63,962 nt of DNA, filler included, from Candidatus Hydrogenedentota bacterium (GCA_040752395.1; 10 parts of 10 records of this genome joined end to end with filler, not necessarily neighbours in it); one strand, 5' to 3'. Shown: positions 29,142 through 39,260, counted from the first letter of the whole stretch. Translations and numbers: made by a program. The notes: a model not told the origin generated them from the sequence alone.

Positions 29142-29546
29142 TTATGCAAGATTAATCTTATTCAATACAAACTTTTTTACTTTCTTAGCCATTTCAAGAG
29201 CTTCTCTGGCATCTTCTACCCCTGGTTCAAGCAAGATATCTGGATAACGAACTTCTACAGCATAATCGGTTAGGTTATCTGCTTCTTTCAACTCTTCTTT
29301 AAAAGAAGGATCTATAGTAGCACATAATTCTAATAAATCTACTATTTTATGAGTCTTGGTAAAATAAATTTGATAATAGATTAAAAAAGCCTTTAAATAC
29401 TTCTCTACAACCTGTTGACAATGAAAACATACTGCTTCTGTAACAGGATCTTCAAAAGACAATTCTCTCTCAGCAGTCAAAAAATCTTTATCCGCCTTTT
29501 TTATCCATTTATTAACCAAATCTTTAATAATTTCATCTTGATTCAT
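29142..29546 (-). CDS. HEPN domain protein (MNT-HEPN pair)
   Basis: WIKKADKD, CFHCQQVVEKYLKA, KTH, YAVEVRYP; overlaps the MNT gene. Confidence 0.85.
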   Translation of the reverse strand: MNQDEIIKDLVNKWIKKADKDFLTAERELSFEDPVTEAVCFHCQQVVEKYLKAFLIYYQIYFTKTHKIVDLLELCATIDPSFKEELKEADNLTDYAVEVRYPDILLEPGVEDAREALEMAKKVKKFVLNKINLA

Positions 29547-29850
29547 AGATAACTTTCCCAAATTTATTTGCAGGATAGATGATGGTTCCAATAATATTCT
29601 TGTATGTTTCAAATTCTTTAACGGTTTTTACAATTACATCTACAGGAACTTTCAAATCAGCCAGTATCTTTCTGACATTACGATTCTGTATATGAGCTGG
29701 CAAATCACTATCCTTAATAATCAAGAGATCCAAATCGCTATCTTTCTGTGGTGTACCGGTAGCATAAGAACCAAAAAGAATTATTTTTTGAGGCTTAAAA
29801 CTTTCTACAATTTTTCTTTTAATCTCATCTATTTGTTCTTGAGTTATCAT
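29533..29850 (-). CDS. Minimal nucleotidyltransferase (MNT)
   Basis: LFGSYATG...DSDLDL; start ATG 29850. Confidence 0.88.
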   Translation of the reverse strand: MITQEQIDEIKRKIVESFKPQKIILFGSYATGTPQKDSDLDLLIIKDSDLPAHIQNRNVRKILADLKVPVDVIVKTVKEFETYKNIIGTIIYPANKFGKVIYESR

Positions 29851-29857
29851 TAGGAGT

Positions 29858-30122
29858 CTTCCTCTGAAAAACGTTGTAACTCTAATAATATCAAGTAGAA
29901 GCAAGAGGCAAGATAACAGAAGAAGTGAGAGGTGTCAGGACGGGCTACAGGCTACGGACTACAGCCGGCTGGAGCCAAAAGCCAAAAGCCTGCTGAAAAG
30001 TCTTGAGTCTTGAGTCCTGTTTTGACTCACGACTTGCGACTTTTGACTCTTTTCATACTTTGTGCCTCTGTGCCTCTCTCGTTATCTTTCTTTATCTTTC
30101 TTTCCGTTATCTTGCTTCTTGC
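29858..30122. repeat. Mosaic repeat copy
   Basis: Same orientation and modules as 28834-29135; CAGCCGGCTG at 29962-29971. Confidence 0.9.
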
Positions 30123-30222
30123 NNNNNNNNNNNNNNNNNNNNNNNNNNNNNNNNNNNNNNNNNNNNTTAATTAATTAANNNNNNNNNNNNNNNNNNNNNN
30201 NNNNNNNNNNNNNNNNNNNNNN

Positions 30223-30347
30223 AAAAAATTAATTTTTGATACTTTGTGTATGTTCCCCACAAACAATAAAAAAATATTAGACATAAATAACACTCTTAAA
30301 TTCACTTTTTTATGAATTTTTATCTTGTATTTTCTGCTTAACTATAG
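30223..30347 (+). mobile_element. 3' end of an IS701/IS4-like element
   Basis: Similar to 10417-10542 (AAAAATTAATTTTTGATA...TTTTCTGCTwAAsTATAG). Confidence 0.55.
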
Positions 30348-30385
30348 TTTATTATATGTAATCAAGATATTTTTTAGCATTTGTA

Positions 30386-30574
30386 GTACTCCCTCAGTTA
30401 TAGGTGGAGAAGAAGTGAGAAGTAAGAAGTATCAGAAAATAGAAGCAAGATAGAGAAACTCCACCGAAGACTGAGAACGTGTGAAAAAATTAGACTTTTT
30501 CAGAAAACAGGGGCTGATAATAAAAGAGTTGCCCGGTATTAATGATGATTATTTCACAAGTTCTGAGGCATTAC
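30386..30574. mobile_element. MITE (GTAnTCCCTCAGT TIR family) carrying a nested mini-element at 30475-30563
   Basis: Left TIR GTACTCCCTCAGT; split right TIR ACTGA...GGCATTAC; flanks CATTTGTA/CATTTCTA. Confidence 0.7.
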
Positions 30575-30715
30575 CATTTCTACAATCGGTCAGTTAGAAG
30601 TTGGTTAGTGCAGTATTCCGGCTGTAGCCTGTAGCCTGAAGCCCGAAATCCGCTGGAAAATGAGTGGTTATGGATTTGTAACCCCGGGTTATAAGAAGAT
30701 CACTACGTTTATTTT

Positions 30716-31480
30716 ATGCGAATGCTTATTTACAGGCGTGGCGGAATAGGTGATGTTCTGTTGCTGGTTCCTGTTATAGCTAATCTAAAAAAAGATGACA
30801 GCTGTATTATCGATGGTTGGGGTGGTTCTTCTGTCTTTTTATACCTTAAACAAAAAAATATTATAAACAATTTTTATTACGAAGAAAGTATAATAAATCA
30901 GAAATATGATAGAGGATATTTATTTACAGAACAAAGCACCATCCTCTCAAAAGCCAGGGAGATATGTTCGGATGTAAAGGTGATACCACCATTACCTCAA
31001 TCAGGTTATAAAAATCATATACTTGATTATTACTCAGAAGAACTCGGGATAGCTATAGATAAAGAGAAAGCATATTTAGAAAATGTTCCTGCCTCTTGTG
31101 ATGGCAGGGTACCGATGGGATGCAGTGGTTTTATGGTGATTCATCCGGGAAGCGGTTCTAAAAATAAAGTGGTATCGCCTGAATATATTTTTAATTTTTT
31201 AAAAGAACAAAAGATTGATAAGCTAAAAAAGGAGATAATATTTGGGCCTTGGGATGTCCAAATTGCAGAAGAGTGGCTACCTTATAAAACAAAATATTTT
31301 AATACACTAATAGAGGTTGAGAAGATATTATTAAAGTCAGAATTATATATCGGCATGGATTCAGGTATAAGTCATCTTGCAGGTCTTTTAGGTATCAAGG
31401 GGTATGTATTTTTTAAAAACAGTGATCCTTTTATCTGGCGGCCAGTGGGTAAAAATTTAATCGTATTAAAAGTTCAATAA
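30716..31480 (+). CDS. Glycosyltransferase family 9 (heptosyltransferase-like)
   Basis: RRGGIGDVLL, IHPGSGS, IGMDSGISHLAG, F...DP...WRP. Confidence 0.85.
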   Translation: MRMLIYRRGGIGDVLLLVPVIANLKKDDSCIIDGWGGSSVFLYLKQKNIINNFYYEESIINQKYDRGYLFTEQSTILSKAREICSDVKVIPPLPQSGYKNHILDYYSEELGIAIDKEKAYLENVPASCDGRVPMGCSGFMVIHPGSGSKNKVVSPEYIFNFLKEQKIDKLKKEIIFGPWDVQIAEEWLPYKTKYFNTLIEVEKILLKSELYIGMDSGISHLAGLLGIKGYVFFKNSDPFIWRPVGKNLIVLKVQ

Positions 31481-31514
31481 TCGTATTCTTCCCAGTCTTT
31501 AGTGGAATTCTTAA

Positions 31515-31829
31515 TCAAGGGTAGACTTTTTTCCCTGTTGAAATAATCTCATCTAAGAATGGGTTATTACTCTTATATTCGTCAAGTGTAAAGGGGTGTA
31601 CTTCTAAATTAGTATTAATTTTGAGCACTATCGGATTAATTTTTTTTCTATCTTCAAATTTAAAACCTGTAAAATCGTTCGAAATAATAGCTATATCTAT
31701 ATCACTATTTATATTATCTTTCCCCTTTGCGTATGAACCGAACAAATACATATAATTTATTCTAATAGACTTTTTTACTTCATTAATAAAATTTTTAATT
31801 ATACCGTCGATATCTGTTTTTTTAGCCAT
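31515..31829 (-). CDS. Minimal nucleotidyltransferase (MNT)
   Basis: YLFGSYAKG...SDIDIAIIS. Confidence 0.88.
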   Translation of the reverse strand: MAKKTDIDGIIKNFINEVKKSIRINYMYLFGSYAKGKDNINSDIDIAIISNDFTGFKFEDRKKINPIVLKINTNLEVHPFTLDEYKSNNPFLDEIISTGKKVYP

Positions 31830-32197
31830 TTATATATATCCTTAATTATTTTAAAATATTTTTTTGTAAATTTTTTATTACATCTTTTATATAGTTTTAA
31901 CTTATAATCAGGATAACGCATCTCAATATTAAAATCATTTATATCAAGGAGACTCAACTTTATTTTATTATTTAATTGTAATTCTGTTTCCTCTGCGAGT
32001 TTCAAAAGATTATGTATCTTTCCTGGAAATTTATTATTATTATCCCTGACCCATACAGCCTTTAATGCTTTTTCTAAAACTAAATGACCAATAAATAAAC
32101 ACCAGTCATATTTCTTATTTCTATATAAAGTTTCTGCTACTTTTAAATCATGTTCAGAGCTTTTTAACCAGTAATTTATATGATCCTTTAATTCCAT
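31799..32197 (-). CDS. HEPN domain protein
   Basis: YWLKSSEHD, LFIGHLVLEKALKA, IHNL, RYPD. Confidence 0.85.
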   Translation of the reverse strand: MELKDHINYWLKSSEHDLKVAETLYRNKKYDWCLFIGHLVLEKALKAVWVRDNNNKFPGKIHNLLKLAEETELQLNNKIKLSLLDINDFNIEMRYPDYKLKLYKRCNKKFTKKYFKIIKDIYKWLKKQISTV

Positions 32198-32251
32198 AGT
32201 TAACTATTAACAAATTTAACTATTTATTGCAAGTAAATTGTATAAAGGCAA

Positions 32252-32334
32252 GTATTCCCTCAGTCTTCGGTGGAACCCATACTACCATTAGGCACAAAGA
32301 TTGAAAGATTGAAAGATTCAAACTGAGGGAATAC
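32252..32334. mobile_element. 83-bp MITE with perfect 13-bp TIRs and 8-bp TSD
   Basis: GTATTCCCTCAGT...ACTGAGGGAATAC; AAAGGCAA at 32244-51 and 32335-42. Confidence 0.85.
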
Positions 32335-32398
32335 AAAGGCAAAGCATATATTAAGGTAAATATTTAGCTGGCTTACCGCTTGTGTGATATTGCTTTTA

Positions 32399-33082
32399 TT
32401 AGAACTTTAATAAGCTATTTAATACGTTTTTGTTTTTAAGTGATTTTACAGCCAGATCAGGATGATATTTCTTTAGTTCTGAGACAGAATATCTGCCGGT
32501 ACCTATGCCGAGTGTGAAACAACTATTTTTTTGGCCAGAGATAATATCAAACGGTGTATCACCGCATACAGCTACTTTTGTAAAATCTATCTTTAATTTT
32601 TCCGAGATAGAATTTATCGCATCACATACTAAAGGGACTCTATCATTATATCCATCGCCAAAACCACCACCAACAAAATATTTAGCTATCTTAAAATGTT
32701 CCAATTTTATCCATGCACCATTTTTGATATTACCTGTAGCTATGCCGAGATAAACATCGCTTGCTGAGTATAACCTTACCAGGAGTTCATAAACACCTGG
32801 TAAAAATTCTCCGTTACAGTTTTTTAATTCGGTTTTAAGGATTTCAGGATATATTTTAAATATTTTATCAAGTAATGGCTTTGTTGTTTTTATATTAACC
32901 TGGCTGAGATAAGAACTGATTATCTGCTGGTCTGTTCTGCCATGAGGTATGACTCTGGTATCTTTTAAATCTTTTGAGATACTTATTTCTACTGCTTTCT
33001 CGATAGCGCGAAGTCCTGCACCATGGGTTCGTATTAATGTTCCATCTATATCAAAGAGTATCAGTCGAGGTTCTGTTTTCAT
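32399..33082 (-). CDS. HAD-superfamily hydrolase
   Basis: LFDIDGTL, ATGN, GDTPFD motifs. Confidence 0.88.
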   Translation of the reverse strand: MKTEPRLILFDIDGTLIRTHGAGLRAIEKAVEISISKDLKDTRVIPHGRTDQQIISSYLSQVNIKTTKPLLDKIFKIYPEILKTELKNCNGEFLPGVYELLVRLYSASDVYLGIATGNIKNGAWIKLEHFKIAKYFVGGGFGDGYNDRVPLVCDAINSISEKLKIDFTKVAVCGDTPFDIISGQKNSCFTLGIGTGRYSVSELKKYHPDLAVKSLKNKNVLNSLLKF

Positions 33083-35155
33083 AATTTTATCGGTACTGGT
33101 TTTACCTGCCAGATTTCATCAGCATATTCTTTAATAGCGCGGTCACTTGAGAAATATGATATGTTTGCGATATTGATTAAAGCTTTTCTCTGCCAGTTTA
33201 GTTTATCAGCATAATCATTATTGATTTTTTTATGTGTTTCAGCATAGCTCATCAAATCAGCGAGAAGAAAATATTTATCTGGAGCGGCTCCATCGACACC
33301 GTACATCAATGAATCATATAAAGGTTTAAATAAAGCCGGGTCACCATCTGATAGTTCACCTGATATCAGCATATCAATCACTCTTTTTATCTCATGATAT
33401 CTGTTATAATATTCAAGTGGACTATATTTGCGTGATTTTCTTAATTCTTCTATCTCATCGACTTTTAACCCGAAGATATAAATGTTATCAATCCCGACAT
33501 TTTCCATAATTTCGATATTGGCGCCATCAAGAGTGCCTATTGTTAAAGCGCCATTTAAAGCGAATTTCATATTTCCTGTACCCGATGCTTCCATACCAGC
33601 AGTAGAAATCTGTTCACTAACATCAGAGGCTGGGATAATCTTTTCAGCTAACGAGACACCATAGTTTGCAATGAATACAACTTTTATTTTATTCTTTATA
33701 TTAATGTCATTGTTTATTAATTTTGATAGGTTGTTGATTAGTTTTATAATCAGTTTAGCACGGTAATAACCTGGTGCAGCTTTACCGCCAAATATAAATG
33801 TTCGAGGTATTATGTTAATATCAGGATTATCTCTTAATTTATTATAAAGTAGCAGTATATGTAAAACATTAAGTAGCTGTCTTTTATATTCATGGATTCT
33901 TTTAACCTGTGAATCGAATATAGAATTGATATCGACTACAATATTGGTCTGTTCTTTAATGTACTGAGCGAGTCTCTCTTTATTTTTTTTCTTCACTTTA
34001 TACATTTTTATTAAAAAGTCATTATCTTGAGTAAAGTTTTGGAGCTTTCTTATTTCATTTAAGTCAGTGATCCATTTATCGCTGATTTTATCTGTAATTA
34101 GTCTTGCCAACTCCGGGTTAGCAAGCAATAGCCAGCGTCTCTGAGTAATGCCGTTTGTTTTATTATTAAATCTTTCAGGGAATATCTCGAACATATCTTT
34201 AAATACTATAGTCTTTAATATTTTAGTATGAAGTTGAGCTACACCATTTATGGAATGCGAACCAACTATACCAAGGTTAGCCATTCTCACGTGTTTTTCG
34301 CCAGCCTCACCTATCAAGGAAACCTGTCTGATTTTTTCTTCATTGCCCGGGAAAGCTGTTCTTACTTTATCAAGAAACCTTCTGTTAATCTCGTAAATAA
34401 TCTGCAAATGTCTGGGTAAAACTTTTTGAAACAGGCTTACAGGCCAGCATTCAAGTGCTTCAGGTAGTACTGTATGATTTGTAAACCCGAAGGTTTTAAC
34501 GGTTATCTCCCATGCTTTATCCCAGTCCACGTCGTAAATATCAACAAGAACTCGCATTAATTCAGGGATAGCAAGAGTTGGATGAGTATCATTTAACTGG
34601 ATAGCTACTTTATCCGGAAATTTATCAAAAGTTTCGTAAGACTTTATATATCGCCTTATAATATCATGCAAAGTAGCTGCTACAAAAAAATACTGCTGTT
34701 TAAATCTTAATTCTTTCCCAACGATAACATTATCATTAGGATAGAGAACTTTTGAGATGTTTTCAGAATAATTTTTATCTTCAACCGCTTTTACATAATC
34801 ACCATGCTGAAAGATTTCTAAATCAAACTCGTTTGAAGATTTAGCAGCCCATAACCGTAAGAAGTTTACAGTGTTATTACCATAACCGATGATTGGGATA
34901 TCGTAAGGGAACGCAAGTACCTGTCTTGTGTTTATCCATTTATATTTAATTCGACCGAACTCATCCTTTTCAGTGCTGACATCACCATAAAAACTAACAG
35001 GCATAACAAACTCTGGCCGTTCAATCTCCCATGGGTAACCATGTTTCAACCATCTTTCTGGTTCTTCAATCTGAAAACCGTTTTTTATCTTTTGATTAAA
35101 GATACCGAACTCATATCTTAAGCCATAACCATAGGCAGGTAACTCCATAGTTGCC
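33079..35155 (-). CDS. glgP: Glycogen/starch phosphorylase (5'-partial)
   Basis: QLNDTHP, TNHT, NKTNG, KRIHEYKRQ, EASGTGNMKFALNG; frame runs to the contig edge. Confidence 0.96.
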
Positions 35156-35256
35156 NNNNNNNNNNNNNNNNNNNNNNNNNNNNNNNNNNNNNNNNNNNNT
35201 TAATTAATTAANNNNNNNNNNNNNNNNNNNNNNNNNNNNNNNNNNNNNNNNNNNNG

Positions 35257-35439
35257 AGTATTTTTATTGTAATTATCGCAGCTTTAAACCTTGTGCTTGA
35301 TTTTGATTTTATAGAAAATGGTGCAGATATCGGTGCGCCGAGATATATGGAATGGTATGCTGCTTTTGGGTTGATGGTTACACTTATCTGGTTATACCTT
35401 GAGATACTACGGTTGCTTGCAAAAACCAGACGAGATTGA
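35257..35439 (+). CDS. C-terminal part of a Bax inhibitor-1/YccA family membrane protein (absent from the ORF track)
   Basis: Hand translation: ...LNLVLDFDFIENG...APRYMEWYAAFGLMVTLIWLYLEILRLLAK. Confidence 0.85.
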   Translation, partial: SIFIVIIAALNLVLDFDFIENGADIGAPRYMEWYAAFGLMVTLIWLYLEILRLLAKTRRD

Positions 35440-35442
35440 TAA

Positions 35443-36075
35443 ATGTTTACTGGATTAATACAAAAAACAGGAAGATTTCACTCAAAAGTTTTACAAAAGA
35501 ATAATTATAGATTAAAAATAACAATTGATAATAATTGGAATGACCTGCAAAAAGGCGAGAGTATAGCTGTTAATGGAATCTGTTTAACTCTTTGTGAATT
35601 CAGTAGAAATAATATCGAGTTTGACGTTATGCAGGAGACCATGGATAAAACAGCTTTAAATTATTATACCGAAGGAGAAACGATAAATCTTGAGAGGTCG
35701 CTTAAGACAGGTGAAAGAATTGGTGGTCATATTGTCCTGGGTCATATTGATAAGGTTGGGGTAATAAATAGCATTATAGATGATGTTAGTGGTAATAGAA
35801 TACGTGTGGGTGGGATAGAAGAAGAGATGAGATATATAATTTACAAAGGTTCGATCGCTATTGATGGTATAAGTCTTACTGTGAGTAATGTAGCTGAGAG
35901 CGAATTTGAGGTTTCAATCATACCATATACCATTGAGAATACTAATCTAAGGAAGAAACAGATAGGAGATAAAGTCAATATAGAATTTGATTATCTTACA
36001 AAGATTGTTGAAAGATTATTAAATAAAGAGAGAGGAGGACTAACCGAAGAAAAACTCAAAGAATACGGGTTTTAA
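35443..36075 (+). CDS. ribE: Riboflavin synthase
   Basis: MFTGL N-terminus, SIAVNGICLT, GGHIVLGHID, KGSIAIDGISLT, VNIEFD. Confidence 0.96.
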   Translation: MFTGLIQKTGRFHSKVLQKNNYRLKITIDNNWNDLQKGESIAVNGICLTLCEFSRNNIEFDVMQETMDKTALNYYTEGETINLERSLKTGERIGGHIVLGHIDKVGVINSIIDDVSGNRIRVGGIEEEMRYIIYKGSIAIDGISLTVSNVAESEFEVSIIPYTIENTNLRKKQIGDKVNIEFDYLTKIVERLLNKERGGLTEEKLKEYGF

Positions 36076-36084
36076 TGAAGAATT

Positions 36085-37098
36085 ATGAAGTCGAGATGCA
36101 AGGAGTACCTTATGAACAGATATTTGGCTATGTTATTATTAGTGTTGTTTATTACTGCTTGTGGTGGAGGGAAAGATACTGAATTCAATGAAGGCGATTT
36201 TGTCAAAGCTTATAAAGAAAGTAGCAGAGTTTTAGATTCAGATAATCCACTTGATAAATTAATGGCCAGGACATATATGAGTTATTTAAAAAATAAAAAG
36301 TATTATGGAAGCGATATAAAATATGTATCAACCAAATATAAAGACAAAAATATAATTATAAGATCGATAACTAACGAGAGTGAGGGATTAACTATTACAG
36401 GGTTACTTGCCGAACCGATAGATACGAGTGCAAGGTACCCGGGCATTGTTATATGTCATGGTTATTATCCTGTAGAGAGTTATTTTCAGGGTCAGGGCAC
36501 AGAAGAGACTATGAAAATTATAGCGAGGAAAGGATATGTTGTATTAATGACAGATTATCGCGGGTATTATAAAAGCGAAGGAAAAAGTAAAGTTGAATAC
36601 CCGGGTGAGTTTATAGATTGTATGAGTGCTATTCAGTCTTTAAGAAAATATGAAAGAGTTATATCTGAGAAGGTAGGTGTTATAGGATATTCGTGGGGTG
36701 GCGGTTTTGCATTAAGGACACTTCTTGTTGATGATAATTTAAAATGCGGAGTTTTGTATTATCCTGAACTTGGCGGTGTAGATATGCCCAAAAAGGGCAA
36801 TTATAATTATCTTGTTAATCTTGGTGCAAGTGATGAAATGATACAGGATTATTTTAAGAAATGGTCACCACTGTATTATACAGCGTGGCTTAATGCCCCT
36901 GTTTTAATATTTCATGGTAAGAATGATAGGACGGTTTTACCTGAGCAATCTATAACTTTAGAGCAAATGTTGAAAGCCAATAACAAAGAAGTAGAATTAA
37001 TTATGTTTGATGATTTACCGCATGCGTTTGCAGATTCTCCGAATAATCCATCAATGAAAAAATTATTTGAGTTTTTAGAGCGGAAACTAAAGACTTAA
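36085..37098 (+). CDS. Alpha/beta-hydrolase lipoprotein (S9 peptidase/dienelactone hydrolase-like)
   Basis: Lipobox-like FITA|C, CHG, GYSWGG nucleophile elbow, HGKND, PHAF; real start may be 36112. Confidence 0.8.
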   Translation: MKSRCKEYLMNRYLAMLLLVLFITACGGGKDTEFNEGDFVKAYKESSRVLDSDNPLDKLMARTYMSYLKNKKYYGSDIKYVSTKYKDKNIIIRSITNESEGLTITGLLAEPIDTSARYPGIVICHGYYPVESYFQGQGTEETMKIIARKGYVVLMTDYRGYYKSEGKSKVEYPGEFIDCMSAIQSLRKYERVISEKVGVIGYSWGGGFALRTLLVDDNLKCGVLYYPELGGVDMPKKGNYNYLVNLGASDEMIQDYFKKWSPLYYTAWLNAPVLIFHGKNDRTVLPEQSITLEQMLKANNKEVELIMFDDLPHAFADSPNNPSMKKLFEFLERKLKT

Positions 37099-37108
37099 AG
37101 AGCAGAGA

Positions 37109-37798
37109 GTGGAAAACAAATTTAATATAATTTATCGAAAATTGTATAAATATTTCGGGCCACGAGGCTGGTGGCCAGTTAACGGGAAATATCATCCATT
37201 GGATTATGAAATACCACGTAATGAGAGTCAGCGGCTTGAAATATGTATCGGTGCAATATTGACTCAAAATACAGCCTGGAAAAATGTTGATAAAGTACTA
37301 TCTAATTTAAAAAGAGCCAGAGTGTTAACAATTGATAAATTACAAAAAATTGAATTGTCTGAACTTGCACAATTGATTAGACCAGCAGGTTATTTTAATG
37401 AAAAGGCAAAAAAAATAAAATTTTTTATTGAGTTTGTTGTTAACACAGCTACAACACTTGATAAAATATTGAGTAAAGAGAAAAATGCATTAAGGAGAGA
37501 ATTGTTGAATATATGGGGGATAGGAAAAGAAACAGCTGATTCAATAATACTTTATGCAGGTAAACAAAATATTTTTGTGATAGATAGTTATACGAAAAGA
37601 ATTTTTGTAAGACATAAGTTAATAAATCACGAAAACCTTGAATATGATATTATAAGAAAACTGATAGAAAAAAATATAGAGGATAAATATCAGGTATATA
37701 ATGAATTTCATGCCTTGATAGTTGAGTGTGGTAAGAATTTTTGTTTTAGAAAAGAGTGTTTATGTGAGCACTGTCCGCTTAGTGGGGTTATATTATAA
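37109..37798 (+). CDS. Endonuclease III-related HhH-GPD protein
   Basis: WWP, GAILTQNTAW, IRPAGYF, GIGKETADSI, C-terminal Cys cluster. Confidence 0.9.
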   Translation: MENKFNIIYRKLYKYFGPRGWWPVNGKYHPLDYEIPRNESQRLEICIGAILTQNTAWKNVDKVLSNLKRARVLTIDKLQKIELSELAQLIRPAGYFNEKAKKIKFFIEFVVNTATTLDKILSKEKNALRRELLNIWGIGKETADSIILYAGKQNIFVIDSYTKRIFVRHKLINHENLEYDIIRKLIEKNIEDKYQVYNEFHALIVECGKNFCFRKECLCEHCPLSGVIL

Positions 37799-37851
37799 AA
37801 GAGCAGCCGAATTAAATTCTCACGCTTGATAGGAGGTCCGGCTGCTCTTTT
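37797..37851. terminator. 13-bp inverted repeat between convergent genes
   Basis: AAAAGAGCAGCCG / CGGCTGCTCTTTT. Confidence 0.5.
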
Positions 37852-38005
37852 CCGAGGACTTGCTTGAAGAATCTATAGTTACGATATCATTCAGATAGAT
37901 ATAATTATCTTTTTTAATAACAGAATTTTTTGGTTTTTCTTTTATATATACTAAATTTTCTGGCAAAAATCTTAAGTAATATTTTAAGTGAGATGACTCT
38001 TCCAT
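37820..38005 (-). CDS. Small hypothetical protein (61 aa)
   Basis: GAGGA SD before ATG 38005; sigma54-like element upstream. Confidence 0.45.
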   Translation of the reverse strand: MEESSHLKYYLRFLPENLVYIKEKPKNSVIKKDNYIYLNDIVTIDSSSKSSEKSSRTSYQA

Positions 38006-38029
38006 TTTTTTATCCTCAATAAAATATGT

Positions 38030-38046
38030 AGCAAACACAATGCCAA
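38030..38046 (-). promoter_or_regulatory. Sigma54 -24/-12 element
   Basis: Minus strand TTGGCATTGTGTTTGCT, GG-N10-GC. Confidence 0.55.
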
Positions 38047-38226
38047 AAAGAAATTATCACTATTAATATTAGAATTAGTAAAACTTATGGTGTTTTTTAT
38101 GCAAATAATTATAAAAAAATGGATACAAAATAACCATTAATTACATAAAAAGTTGTAAAAGAAAATTGAAAATATGCCGAATAATAATATAATTAGACCT
38201 TTAATTTTTAAAGAGTAAATATTTCT

Positions 38227-38505
38227 ATGGATTTAGAAAAGAGTATAACTGATCTAATAAAAAAACAGAAAGAGATAATAGAAAGTCAGAAAAAGGAGAT
38301 AGAAAAATTGGAAAATATATTAAATAGTAGATTCAAAGATGGTTTATATTTATTTTCTGGTGAAGAAGGGTTTGATATTCTAACAGCGAACAAAGAGATA
38401 CATAGAAAAAGGAAAGAAACGACTAAAAATAAAATAATATCCCACGAACAAGAGCATAAAGATATCCCTTATCCTGAAATAAGGTTTCATAACAGTCAAA
38501 TTTGA
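38227..38505 (+). CDS. Hypothetical coiled-coil protein
   Basis: 92-aa ORF with an N-terminal coiled coil; no recognised family. Confidence 0.45.
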   Translation: MDLEKSITDLIKKQKEIIESQKKEIEKLENILNSRFKDGLYLFSGEEGFDILTANKEIHRKRKETTKNKIISHEQEHKDIPYPEIRFHNSQI

Positions 38506-38652
38506 TAACCCGGCACTCAATAAAGTATCTTGCTATGTCAAGAGTATCCTGATTTGTTGAATAAATATTATTACATTTACTGAAAATAAAAATTTAATTT
38601 TTCCAGAAAGATTAAGCCATACCGTTATTCTTAAAAAAATAAAATAAAATGC

Positions 38653-38705
38653 TTGACATAATATTAGTTAATAATTATATTACTAATAACTAAATATATT
38701 AGTAA
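38653..38705 (+). promoter_or_regulatory. Sigma70 promoter with operator-like inverted repeat
   Basis: TTGACA(38653)-N17-TATATT; TTACTAATA-N8-TATTAGTAA at 38680-38705. Confidence 0.6.
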
Positions 38706-38717
38706 AAAAGTGAAAAT

Positions 38718-39068
38718 ATGACTAAAATTACGGAATTAAAGGCTCAAAGAGAACGATTTGTCAAACAATTACCACCATTTAAAAAAATACTCCGCTCTAC
38801 TATTAGCCAATATTATTTAACCTGTGGTTATAAAAGATGTATATGCCATAAGGGCGAAAAGCATGGCCCTTTTATATACCTTTCAGCAAAAGAAGAAGGT
38901 AGATTAAAAATGAATTTTGTACCACATTCATTAGTTAATGAAGTTAAAAGTCAGGTTAAAAATTATAATAAGTTTTGGAGTATATTGTGTAAAATATGCC
39001 AATTAAATCGCAAAATATTATGGTTAGAGCATAGCAAAAAAATTAAAGTACAAAGGGGAAGCAAATAA
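38718..39068 (+). CDS. DUF6788-like protein (typically IS-associated)
   Basis: TCGYKRCICHKGEKHGP.YLS motif. Confidence 0.7.
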   Translation: MTKITELKAQRERFVKQLPPFKKILRSTISQYYLTCGYKRCICHKGEKHGPFIYLSAKEEGRLKMNFVPHSLVNEVKSQVKNYNKFWSILCKICQLNRKILWLEHSKKIKVQRGSK

Positions 39069-39133
39069 AGGAGTCAAAAATGGCGTATATAACAACTAAA
39101 GAAATAAAAAATGAGGTTTTCCAGAAAAATCTT

Positions 39134-39161
39134 TTGACAATTTTAATTTATTTTTTATAAT
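39134..39161 (+). promoter_or_regulatory. Consensus sigma70 promoter for STAS-rimP
   Basis: TTGACA-N16-TATAAT. Confidence 0.65.
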
Positions 39162-39260
39162 TTTGATAAAATCTATGTAAATGTTAAATACATAGTTATT
39201 ATTTAAAGCAAAATAGTAATTAAGATGTAGTGAGCACATTTTTTGAGGGAAGTAATATTT

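Noticed and set aside
28825-29904. N-terminal extensions MLLLDII... on PFOR and MNT in the ORF track
   Set aside because: They are translations of the repeat terminus; SD-supported ATGs are at 28824 and 29850
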